DNA of 64,000 bases, taken from assembly GCA_050013255.1 (NCBI GenBank), contig JBEKFP010000001.1:1152001-1216000 (forward strand), in the 5' to 3' direction. This stretch comes from Candidatus Bathyarchaeia archaeon (GTDB lineage Archaea > Thermoproteota > Bathyarchaeia > 40CM-2-53-6). The notes beneath the pieces are model-generated. The model saw nothing but the letters and a program-made list of their open reading frames with translations. It had not been told where the DNA came from and searched no databases. Numbering within the stretch: position 1 is the first letter of the stretch; every line of letters starts with the position of its first letter. This document shows, one piece after another, positions 1-7,929 of this stretch. A program made the translations under genes and the position numbers.

Positions 1-2
1 AT

Positions 3-665
3 GTAGTAGTGCGCAGCCGGTACACGGAGGACCGCTTGGCCGACGCGGTAGAGAATGGTGTTCAGCAATACCTGATATTGGGCGCTGGCCTCGACACGTT
101 CCCATATCGACAACCTCATTGGGCGAGAGTATTGCGGATTTTCGAAGTAGATCAATCAACGAGCCAGTGTTCGAAGCGCGAACGGTTGGCCATGGCTGGG
201 ATTGAGGTTCCGTCGAATGTCGAGCTAATCGCTTGTGATTTCGAGACCATTTCTCTCCGTGATTGTTTGCGCAGAAGCAGCTTCGATTTTGGGAAACCCG
301 CGTTTCTTTCATGGCTCGGTGTGACGATGTATCTAAGCACGGACGCGATTGATGCAGTATTCAGGTTTGCAAGTTCGCTGCCAAAATCGAGTGAGATTGT
401 CTTCACGTTTGCATCTCCGGCGTCTACAGTGAAGGAAATCGGACGTGAACCCTTGCTTGCCGCATTCACGGCATTCGCTGCAGCACACGGAGAACCATGG
501 CGTACCTTTTTCGAGCCAGACGACTTGGCCCACAAATTGCAAGAGTTAGGTTTTTCGACCGTATCATTTCTTTCGGCTTCGGACGCTGATACACTATATT
601 TCCGAGGTCGTCACGACGGTCTCAAGATACGGCAAAGAGTCGGAATTGTAACCGCTACGGTCTAA
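3..665 (+). CDS. SAM-dependent methyltransferase, LCM/TIGR00027-like (5'-partial at window edge)
   Basis: R-S-R-Y-T-E-D, LILGAGLDT, FEVD and WLGVTMYL motifs. Frame is open back to the window edge. Confidence 0.9.
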   Translation, partial: VVVRSRYTEDRLADAVENGVQQYLILGAGLDTFPYRQPHWARVLRIFEVDQSTSQCSKRERLAMAGIEVPSNVELIACDFETISLRDCLRRSSFDFGKPAFLSWLGVTMYLSTDAIDAVFRFASSLPKSSEIVFTFASPASTVKEIGREPLLAAFTAFAAAHGEPWRTFFEPDDLAHKLQELGFSTVSFLSASDADTLYFRGRHDGLKIRQRVGIVTATV

Positions 666-683
666 ACCTATCCACTCTCAGGA

Positions 684-769
684 TGCGTGTGGCTCTAGCG
701 GTGCGGACGACCAGAATTGAACCGTCGTTTTAGTGCGTGTGTGCGTACCACTAGACCCGCACGCACAAA
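684..769. repeat. tRNA-3'-like/hairpin repeat, complete copy
   Basis: Arms 684-705 and 744-765 are inverted repeats (18/22 match). Minus strand reads GGTTCAATT-CTGGT-CGTCCGC-A-CCG. Internal hairpin GTGCGTGTG...CGCACGCAC. Confidence 0.8.
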
Positions 770-924
770 TTTCTGGCAATTTGGTTCAGGGCTGATGCTT
801 TATCGAGCTAAGGTCTCTTCTCAACCGGTTTAGTAATACCGGAGACTTCCGGGTCTATACAAAATAGAATCTATGAAGAATTAACGTATAATGATTCGGC
901 GTGTTCCTAGCCGAACGATGAGCG

Positions 925-1176
925 ATGGGTTTCGATCCCACAACCGTAATGAACTTCGTCCTAACTATCATAATATTCGTCTTGGGCGTTGCGCTGTATG
1001 GCAGGAAGAAGAACGTCATGACTCTCTACATCGGCATAGCTTTCGGCCTTTTCGCTATCTCTCACCTGGCAACCTTGCTTGACCTTGCTGCCACTCTAAC
1101 AGTTCCGCTCATAGCAGTCCGGGCAATTGCGTACATTGTAGTCATCATTGCATTGCTCACGTTTTGGAAGAAGTGA
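925..1176 (+). CDS. small membrane protein, about 3 TM helices
   Basis: 83-aa ORF with three hydrophobic segments, ending in KK. Confidence 0.8.
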   Translation: MGFDPTTVMNFVLTIIIFVLGVALYGRKKNVMTLYIGIAFGLFAISHLATLLDLAATLTVPLIAVRAIAYIVVIIALLTFWKK

Positions 1177-1192
1177 AACTGGAAAGACTCTC

Positions 1193-1268
1193 GCTTTAGT
1201 GGTTCACCCACACAAAACGGTACGAACAACGATTCAAGTTACGTGGCTCGCACCATTAAACCGACACC
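1193..1268. repeat. tRNA-3'-like/hairpin repeat, inverted degenerate copy
   Basis: Plus strand reads TTCAAGT-TACGT-GGCTCGC-A-CCA-TTAAACC. Reverse complement aligns with 5215-5300. Confidence 0.75.
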
Positions 1269-1331
1269 TATGAAAAGTCTGTAGACTATGCTTTCGTCTC
1301 CGCGGATGGTCTTCTGCGTGGCGTTCAAGTG

Positions 1332-1366
1332 GTGTGTGTGCGCACCAGTAGACCCACACACACAAA
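1332..1366. repeat. hairpin-only copy of the repeat
   Basis: GTGTGTGTG-CGCACCAGTAGACC-CACACACAC-AAA: perfect 9-bp stem, 14-nt loop. Confidence 0.8.
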
Positions 1367-1476
1367 CCGGCGTCGTTCATGTAATTTTGTGTGTATACAA
1401 ATTCCAAATTCCAACAGAACCGTAAAGTAAATTTGTGTGCGATCGTGATGCACTTTCGGAGTTGTGTGTTCGAGCA

Positions 1477-2115
1477 ATGGGGAATGAAGTACTGGATGCC
1501 ATTATGCAGCGACGCAGTATCTATCAGTTCAAGCCTGAGGCAGTCCCTACTGAGAAGATTACTTCCATTTTGGAGGCGGGTCGTTGGGCTCCGTCATATG
1601 CGAATAGTCAGCCATGGGAATTCATCACCGTAACTGATAGCAAATTGAAGCAGGAGGTTGTCGAGATAGCTAAGGAAACTATGGCTGCGCATGCAGGAAT
1701 AGAAGGAGCGCACACAATCATCGCAACATGTGTGGATCCCGAGAAAGATCAATATCACTTCATTGAAGACGGTGCTGTAGCAACACAGAACATGGCTCTG
1801 GCAGCACATAGCCTGGGGTTAGCGACCTATTGGGTCGGGATATTTAGTCTTATGAACGATAGGAAATCAGTCGAGCATAGAATCAAGGAGGTTCTGAACA
1901 TACCTGAAAAAATCCGCGTGATTTCTTTGTTGCCCATAGGTGTGCCTGCGTATAGTGTAGAGAAGCAAAGAAAGCGGTTGGAGGAGATTTGCCACGTTGA
2001 CAAGTATGGCAGCAGACAATCAGGTGTGGGAGTAGAGGATCAGGACAAGAAGACCGAGATAGAAGCACAGAGGCATGGCATGAGAGCGCATTTGCCCCGC
2101 GTCGCACCAACTTGA
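1477..2115 (+). CDS. nitroreductase family protein
   Basis: RRSIYQF, WAPSYANSQPWEF, QNMALAAHSLGL. ATG 1477 preferred over the track start at 1435. Confidence 0.93.
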   Translation: MGNEVLDAIMQRRSIYQFKPEAVPTEKITSILEAGRWAPSYANSQPWEFITVTDSKLKQEVVEIAKETMAAHAGIEGAHTIIATCVDPEKDQYHFIEDGAVATQNMALAAHSLGLATYWVGIFSLMNDRKSVEHRIKEVLNIPEKIRVISLLPIGVPAYSVEKQRKRLEEICHVDKYGSRQSGVGVEDQDKKTEIEAQRHGMRAHLPRVAPT

Positions 2116-2150
2116 TTGATTGGATCATGAGCCAACGTCAGGAGTGGCGG

Positions 2151-2163
2151 GCACACACACAAA
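2151..2163. repeat. remnant right arm of the repeat (GCACACACACAAA)
   Basis: Matches the CACACACACAAA end of other copies and lies between convergent stop codons. Very short. Confidence 0.4.
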
Positions 2164-2778
2164 TCAGCGTTTTCGCGCTACAACGGAAAATACGTGCCAA
2201 TGCTTCCTTCGTTCATGAAGTGCTGGCCTGTCATCTTTCTCCTGTTCGAGAAAGAATTCGATCTCAAATGGACGCAGTAGTGCCTTAACTTGCTTAGCGG
2301 TATGAAATGTCCCATTTGAACTGCGAGCCCAATCATCGTGAACGCCGAAGAAATGGCCTGAAAGCCTTCCTCCAGTACGAATCGAGGTTACGATCTTTCG
2401 CCAGAAAGAATGGAACCGTTTCGGTGAGCAAAACGGTAGGCTGTAACTTGCATTTACAAGATCACATCTGGGTAAGGATGATCTCTCGAATGAAGTCACA
2501 CGGGTTCTTAGTTGCTCTCTATGCGTTGGGGATACGTTAGATCGGATCCATCTAATCGCTCCAGCCTCACTGTCTACAGCCAGCACTTTCCAGCCTCGTC
2601 GCAGCAACTCTGACGTATCCCGACCACCTCCACATCCCAAATCAATCGCAAAACGCATCTTCTTTCGTGACGGTTCAGCGTCAAACGAAGAAAGTGCTTT
2701 TTGCAGGGTTTCGTAAGGAGGACGCTTTGAAGTCGCTTTGTAATAATCAAGCCAACGTGGTTCTCTGCGTTTGGACAT
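2164..2778 (-). CDS. class I SAM-dependent methyltransferase
   Basis: AIDLGCGGGRD motif I, LAVD, SLPFC, GHFFG. Likely start MSKRREP at 2778. Confidence 0.9.
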   Translation of the reverse strand: MSKRREPRWLDYYKATSKRPPYETLQKALSSFDAEPSRKKMRFAIDLGCGGGRDTSELLRRGWKVLAVDSEAGAIRWIRSNVSPTHREQLRTRVTSFERSSLPRCDLVNASYSLPFCSPKRFHSFWRKIVTSIRTGGRLSGHFFGVHDDWARSSNGTFHTAKQVKALLRPFEIEFFLEQEKDDRPALHERRKHWHVFSVVARKR

Positions 2779-2966
2779 AGAAGCAAAGTACAGCGGTTCT
2801 CGCTGATAACTATCGCCTAGATCCTCAGCTCTACAGTTGTAGAAGATACTTCCACTAACAGGTGGGGATCGTAAGCTGACTCTCGGTAGTAGTCGTAACG
2901 ACACTAGTCAACGACGCCTCCCATCCCCTATTTCATCGGTTCTTCTCCTTTCGGAAATTAGACAGC

Positions 2967-3191
2967 GTGCTTAAAACGCAACACGCTGACGCAATGATTA
3001 TGGTTCTAACCAGTTACGAGTGGGTTGCCGTTCTCATAATCATCGTGGTTATTGCTCTGGCGTATTTGTTCTGGCGCTCCTTTTCGCGCAGAATGGAAGG
3101 TACACAAAGACCACAGACGACCACTGGTGCAGGATGGAACAGTCGCATACGGAGTAATCAGACGCAAGACATCAAATCGAAAATCAGCTGA
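2967..3191 (+). CDS. small single-TM hypothetical protein
   Basis: One hydrophobic helix followed by a basic/polar tail. Start could be ATG 2994. Confidence 0.55.
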   Translation: MLKTQHADAMIMVLTSYEWVAVLIIIVVIALAYLFWRSFSRRMEGTQRPQTTTGAGWNSRIRSNQTQDIKSKIS

Positions 3192-3319
3192 CACATAGAT
3201 GCAAAGTTGACGACTGATAGCAGCTTTCACGGCAACCTGAAACAATGATTCACCTGTTTATGCGATTCTAGTTGGCCCAAGTACTTTATACCAACCAGCC
3301 CAATGAGGCTGTGATTGTG

Positions 3320-3583
3320 ATGACGACAGGTTTTCATGAGTTCGACAACAGAATCCATGACTTGGCTGAACGGGAAAATGAGTGTGACGGCCTGTTCGAA
3401 GAAATTAAGAATGGCAACGGCGACAAATCACTGCGCTATCTTGCACTGAGAGATTCCTGCAAAGAGTTGAGAAACAAAATTTTCAGGAGCGCTAGGTCAG
3501 CGGGACTAACGCGGGAAAGAATCAAGACGGAGATCAAGGAAGCAAGAAACCAGACGACCGCCACTAACGCGAAACACACTTAG
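3320..3583 (+). CDS. hypothetical helical protein
   Basis: Charged helical ORF. ATG 3320 preferred over the track start at 3272. Confidence 0.6.
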   Translation: MTTGFHEFDNRIHDLAERENECDGLFEEIKNGNGDKSLRYLALRDSCKELRNKIFRSARSAGLTRERIKTEIKEARNQTTATNAKHT

Positions 3584-3667
3584 GAAGAATCGATAGAATC
3601 ACCCAGATTTTTTGCGGAACTGGTTCAAGAGCTGAAATAGGCCCCCGGTCGTCAGTCGGTCACTTCA

Positions 3668-3699
3668 TGTGTGTGTGCGCACGACCAGACGCACACAAA
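3668..3699. repeat. hairpin-only degenerate copy of the repeat
   Basis: TGTGTGCG(3672-3679)-CACGACCAGA-CGCACACA(3690-3697): perfect 8-bp stem. Confidence 0.7.
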
Positions 3700-3741
3700 C
3701 TTTCTGTCAGTCGAACCAACTACGGCATACACGCGATAATA

Positions 3742-4185
3742 TCATTCGACGGTGAAGAGTTCGTGGTCAGGCATTCGATGAAGGGCAAGTGCGATTTCTT
3801 GAACCTCGCGTTGAGGCGAACTTGCGGAGACTCGAGAGAGTAGGGCGGCGGTTTTCTCGGTGGGGCCAATTAGGATGACGCGGTTGCCCTTTCGAAATCT
3901 TACTTTGATGCGTTGAGACTCTTTTACTATGATATTTCCCTTGCCTAAAGTGCAGCCACTGGATACCTGAATACCATCTAGCATGCAGGATTCCGGTGGC
4001 GATTTCCTGGTCCAAACTGTCGCAGATAACTCATGAAGTCGCTTAGGCTTCAACCTTTGAATGGCTATCACGCCCATCCGAAGACCAAATACTAGGTACG
4101 GACCTAGGTGACCATGAAAATCCACGCCCTCCTTCAGCAGACGCTGGCGGCCTGAGGCTCGTTTCTTTGTCACGGTGGTGCCCAC
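3742..4185 (-). CDS. FmdE/FwdE family metal-binding protein
   Basis: FHGHLGP, GLRMG and C-x-x-DGIQ-x-SSGCTLGKGN signature. Confidence 0.92.
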   Translation of the reverse strand: MGTTVTKKRASGRQRLLKEGVDFHGHLGPYLVFGLRMGVIAIQRLKPKRLHELSATVWTRKSPPESCMLDGIQVSSGCTLGKGNIIVKESQRIKVRFRKGNRVILIGPTEKTAALLSRVSASSPQREVQEIALALHRMPDHELFTVE

Positions 4186-4652
4186 TTGCGCAAGAGAAGA
4201 TCCCCAAGATGAAAACGCCTAGTGAGAATATCAACAACAGCAGCGCAAATCACATTCTCAACAGTCAAGAGAGCCAGAATAGTCTGCACAGCCACAGCTG
4301 GAACATGAAGAACTAATGTATCAACGAGATAAATCCACGGAGCCTGAATCAAGACCCACGCAACCAAACCTGCCAATACGGGTCGGAGCTTGCGGGAAAA
4401 GACCGCAATGAACAACCCCAAGAGCCCGTTTCCGACCACGATCGTCGGGTCTGACCTAATCATAGCCACATATGACCCTCCAACTAAGCCCGTGATGAGT
4501 CCGGATAGAGGACCACCCGCAACTCCAGCCAACATTATGCCTGTTTGAAAAAAGTGGATTCCCGTTCCGAACAGGAATGGTACCATTAAAAGACTAAGCA
4601 CAACTGTCACCGCACTAATCCCAGCCGTGAACGCCACAAGCCTGCTGTTCAT
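4170..4652 (-). CDS. ECF transporter S component
   Basis: Multi-TM protein with the GGPLSGLITGLVGG ECF-S-like motif. ATG at 4652. Confidence 0.75.
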   Translation of the reverse strand: MNSRLVAFTAGISAVTVVLSLLMVPFLFGTGIHFFQTGIMLAGVAGGPLSGLITGLVGGSYVAMIRSDPTIVVGNGLLGLFIAVFSRKLRPVLAGLVAWVLIQAPWIYLVDTLVLHVPAVAVQTILALLTVENVICAAVVDILTRRFHLGDLLLRKWAPP

Positions 4653-4662
4653 CGATTGCAAA

Positions 4663-4690
4663 GTATTACCGTTTCACCGAATCGTAATAA
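4663..4690. promoter_or_regulatory. putative NikR operator
   Basis: GTATTA-N16-TAATAA dyad with the same geometry as the E. coli NikR site GTATGA-N16-TCATAC. Lies between the divergent ECF-S and nikR genes. Confidence 0.6.
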
Positions 4691-4739
4691 TGATATTAAA
4701 AAGTACTGACCAATTCCAAGATGTTGGAGATAACCCGCC

Positions 4740-5147
4740 TTGGTTAGGGTAGAAAGGATTAGTTTCTCAACGCCGCCGGCACTACTAGAGCAATTTGACG
4801 ATTCCCTCAGAACACTCGGGTACAAGGATCGGTCGACGGCCCTGCAGATCGCAATGAGGAACTTCATCACAGAATACTCTTGGAGAAAGGAAGCAGGAAC
4901 ACCCGGAGCAGGAACGATCTTGCTGACTTACAACCATGAATCACATGGTCTTCAAGAAGCCTTGACGGACATCCAACATCAATTCCGCGACATCGTGAAC
5001 TCAACTACTCACATTCATCTTGACGAAACTCGGTGTCTGGAGATAATATCCGTCAAGGGGAGAATGGAGCGCATTCAAGCATTGGCAAAGAACATCATGA
5101 AGACACGTGGGGTAACGCAGCTCAGGCTATCAACCGTTGCTGTCTAG
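4740..5147 (+). CDS. nikR: nickel-responsive regulator NikR
   Basis: RHH N-terminus (RISFS...GYKDRS) and C-terminal YNH, QH, HIHLD...CLE nickel ligands. Confidence 0.93.
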   Translation: MVRVERISFSTPPALLEQFDDSLRTLGYKDRSTALQIAMRNFITEYSWRKEAGTPGAGTILLTYNHESHGLQEALTDIQHQFRDIVNSTTHIHLDETRCLEIISVKGRMERIQALAKNIMKTRGVTQLRLSTVAV

Positions 5148-5154
5148 AGAGTAA

Positions 5155-5200
5155 GTGTGCGGTACTATTAATGCAGGGAGGCAAATTTGAACCGTCGTCG
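5155..5200. repeat. degenerate tandem copy of the repeat
   Basis: AATTTGAACCGTCGTCG at 5184-5200 is identical to 5247-5263 and is preceded by a decayed GTGTGCGG arm. Confidence 0.7.
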
Positions 5201-5214
5201 GTAGAGTAATTTTC

Positions 5215-5300
5215 TGTGTGTGTGGGTCTAATGGTGCGGGCAACGTAATTTGAACCGTCGTCGTTCGTCGTTAGAAAGTGTGTGTGCGCAACAATAGACG
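5215..5300. repeat. tRNA-3'-like/hairpin repeat, best-preserved left arm
   Basis: Minus strand reads GGTTCAAAT-TACGT-TGCCCGC-A-CCA-TTAGACC-CACACACACA. Right end on plus strand is GTGTGTGTGCGCAACAATAGAC. Confidence 0.8.
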
Positions 5301-5306
5301 AGCTAT

Positions 5307-5936
5307 TCATTCCTTTGTTGTTTTCTTCTCTGAGACCCGCCTCACCGAAGATAGGACTAGCGGGGCAAACCAGAGGTAGAATCTCAAGGGGGTACTCAGT
5401 ATGGTCCAGCTCCAAAAGATGGGTGCTATTGTTAGGGCGAAAAGGCCCGCCGAAAAGAACAAGATGGTCCTGATTCGCCTATACTTGGCGAGTAGGTTTT
5501 GTGGGAGAAGTTTTCTGTCCTCAATGGTCAATTGATGGGTGAATAGTGCGAGTATCGCCATTAACCCTGCCATGTCAAGGGCGTAGGCTATTGAAGCGGC
5601 GTCTAGGAGGGCGGGATGGCCCGAAAAGTCGAAGACGACGTTCAAGTAAAATAGGTATGGCTCGATAGACACGAGAAAGAGCATGACGATGTTTAGTATG
5701 ACTGTGGTCATTTCCTCTAAAGGAAGAACAGACATGATGCTGGTGTAGCTCACCCACACTGAGATGAGAATTAGGAAGCTAAATCCGAATTCCACGACAT
5801 CGAAGAGTATGCCACCTGGGGTCTTAGGTAGCTTGATTATTAGGGAAATTGTTGCCACCGACAAGGCGAGTCCGAAAATCAAATCCGACAGGGACTCAAT
5901 CCGTGGCCTAGGATGTCTAGCAGTTTCCAACGCCAA
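5307..5936 (-). CDS. TMEM175/DUF1211 family K+ channel
   Basis: RIESLSDLIFGLAL (RxxxFSD-like) at TM1, about 6 TM helices. Confidence 0.85.
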   Translation of the reverse strand: MALETARHPRPRIESLSDLIFGLALSVATISLIIKLPKTPGGILFDVVEFGFSFLILISVWVSYTSIMSVLPLEEMTTVILNIVMLFLVSIEPYLFYLNVVFDFSGHPALLDAASIAYALDMAGLMAILALFTHQLTIEDRKLLPQNLLAKYRRIRTILFFSAGLFALTIAPIFWSWTILSTPLRFYLWFAPLVLSSVRRVSEKKTTKE

Positions 5937-6029
5937 TCACTCTACCCCCACTTACAGCGCTATAGATTCAAAAAGGCGTGGGTGGCAGTCCTCAAGCGAG
6001 GTCGGCCTAACCTAAGAGGAAGGAATTGG

Positions 6030-6239
6030 ATGACTCCAAGTGAGCGTGAGTTGCTTCAAGGTATGGTCAACTGCTATCACACTTGCCATGCTGACTTCGA
6101 AGATACGGTGGGTATGGTTGGTTCTGCTCGCGGGCTAAGCCCGGAAGAGGTTAAGGAAATCCTAACACGGCTCAGGGAAACAGGCGGCACCGAGTATAAG
6201 GAACTTAGAAGCCGTTTGCCTGATACCTTCCCTCTCTGA
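6030..6239 (+). CDS. small hypothetical protein with CxxC
   Basis: MTPSERELLQGMVNCYHTCH..., purine-rich RBS upstream of ATG 6030. Confidence 0.7.
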   Translation: MTPSERELLQGMVNCYHTCHADFEDTVGMVGSARGLSPEEVKEILTRLRETGGTEYKELRSRLPDTFPL

Positions 6240-6262
6240 ATACGTGAATGTGAGGCCCTAGT

Positions 6263-7162
6263 ATGACTAAATGTGCCGTCTGCGGAACGACCTTTCAAGC
6301 CGGGGATTACGATAGCCTCGCCCATCATTTCTATGAGTCGGCGGAAAGAAGCGACCCTGGTCACGTAATGTGGCTCAACAAGAACATCACAAGGAAAAAG
6401 ACGGATGCGTCCGAGCTCTCAAAACAGCTTCGAGTCTACCTCGACTTCCGGGCGATCGGAACAAAGGGATGGATGAAGAAGAGATTCATCGAGCGGTTCT
6501 ATGGAGAGAAACCGCACCCCTTCGTACTTGTCCTACAGCACCCATCCAAAGCAACTCTGTTAGGCTATGTGGTCGAACACCAGCATTTCCTACGGCAATG
6601 GACACGCAGCTGCGCATACATTATCGCGAAAACGGACAAAGTGGACGTTACGCTCTACGAATTGGACAACATCAATACAGAGTTCGGCGGAAACGGGCCC
6701 GACAAACCCTCACACTACGAACTGCTCATACGAATGGGCGAAAGCCTCGGTTTGCCTAGAGACAAGATCCTCGGGACGGATCCGCTATCCGACACTGCAT
6801 CGGCGACCAGGACATGGAACGAGATTGCTGAGAAGGAGCATTGGTTGGAGACGATGGCCGCGATGCATCCATTGGAGCTGATAGCTAACCGCAACCTGAG
6901 GGGGGAAGGAGCGAAGATGAGCTACTTTGACCGGTCAATACTGAGCGGAAACGAGGTCACGGACGCCACGAAGAACTTCCTTAGAGAGGGCTACGAGGCT
7001 GATGTTGAACATTCCGAAGAAGCCATGGACTTGATTGAGAAATATTCTGGCGACTTGGGTACAGCTGAGAACGTTCAGGCCACATTCCTTAGGTCGATTG
7101 ACGCATTTGACCGGTATTTGATGGCTCGCTTAGAAAGGGCGAAACAGTTTGAAAGTTCCTAA
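6263..7162 (+). CDS. Zn-finger-fused PqqC/TenA heme-oxygenase-like (HDO) protein
   Basis: N-terminal CAVC...HH...H. C-terminal helical domain with E-x-x-N-x-x-x-E...HYELL, E and ADVEH metal-ligand pattern. Confidence 0.75.
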   Translation: MTKCAVCGTTFQAGDYDSLAHHFYESAERSDPGHVMWLNKNITRKKTDASELSKQLRVYLDFRAIGTKGWMKKRFIERFYGEKPHPFVLVLQHPSKATLLGYVVEHQHFLRQWTRSCAYIIAKTDKVDVTLYELDNINTEFGGNGPDKPSHYELLIRMGESLGLPRDKILGTDPLSDTASATRTWNEIAEKEHWLETMAAMHPLELIANRNLRGEGAKMSYFDRSILSGNEVTDATKNFLREGYEADVEHSEEAMDLIEKYSGDLGTAENVQATFLRSIDAFDRYLMARLERAKQFESS

Positions 7163-7433
7163 GGGCTGCGCCATCTGCGAATCGACTTGGGGCAACCACT
7201 GGGCCGAAGTGGAAGGACAGAAAATGTTCTTCTGCTGTGAGATATGTGAGGTCGAATTCCGAAACATGATTGAAGAAGTCAAACGTAGAACGGGTTGGAA
7301 GACGATCGACGAGGTCAGAATAACAGGAGACCAGAAAGGTAGGGAATGCACAGCCCGATTGGGGCTTCAAGCCTTTCGCTATTTCATTCGATTCAGTTCA
7401 CAAGGGGCAATCGATACTTTCAGAGAAATATGA
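7149..7433 (+). CDS. TA0938-family Zn-binding protein
   Basis: GCAICESTWG...FFCCEIC pattern. Overlaps the upstream stop. Confidence 0.8.
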   Translation: MKVPKGCAICESTWGNHWAEVEGQKMFFCCEICEVEFRNMIEEVKRRTGWKTIDEVRITGDQKGRECTARLGLQAFRYFIRFSSQGAIDTFREI

Positions 7434-7565
7434 GTTCTCACTAGGTGGCGCGTCTCGCCGAACAAAAGCCCGTAAGCATGATTATATTTTGCACTAATTC
7501 CCCACCCACGGAGAGCCCACTAACAAATATCTGGGAACCTTTCGAGTCATCGGAGGCGGGGGCGT

Positions 7566-7847
7566 TTATTTTGCCAGTTTGTATGCGTCGATTACCTGCC
7601 AAATCCAGAAAACTAGGGCGTAAATTGTGAGAGCGAGTCTATAGGGGAAGAAACCTCCAGTCGACCTGAATGAGATGAAGAGAGTCTGCCATATCAGCGC
7701 TAGCGTCCCGACTATTATTCCAGCGACGAGGATTGATGCGCCGCGTTCTGGTCTGCCAGCGTACATCTGCCCTAACCCAGGAACTAGAAGGGAAAGTACT
7801 GCCGCTACTGGCGGGTCACGTTTAGGCTTGACTTCACGTTTAGGCAT
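7566..7847 (-). CDS. small membrane protein (TM2/DUF5683-like)
   Basis: AAVLSLLVPGLGQMYAG motif and C-terminal IDAY. Confidence 0.8.
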   Translation of the reverse strand: MPKREVKPKRDPPVAAVLSLLVPGLGQMYAGRPERGASILVAGIIVGTLALIWQTLFISFRSTGGFFPYRLALTIYALVFWIWQVIDAYKLAK

Positions 7848-7929
7848 GACTTGTCACAGCATCATTAGCTCTCGTCGTAACTCTATTATTATTTGTGGAC
7901 GGATTTGCGGCGGAAGGATTTCGGCCAGC

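Noticed and set aside
684-769. Intact tRNA gene (minus strand shows D-loop-like GGTCTAGTGGTA and T-loop-like GGTTCAATT)
   Set aside because: There is no anticodon arm and neither the T-stem nor the acceptor stem pairs, so it is only a tRNA-like fragment.
684-5300. Repeats as a CRISPR array
   Set aside because: Copies are degenerate, in both orientations and separated by whole genes. There is no regular spacer period and no cas gene.
5122-5415. 97-aa minus ORF with repeated DDGSN
   Set aside because: It is a translation of the DNA repeats and overlaps nikR and TMEM175.
6263-7162. PQQ biosynthesis
   Set aside because: No pqqA/B/D/E nearby. The fold is shared by many unrelated enzymes.
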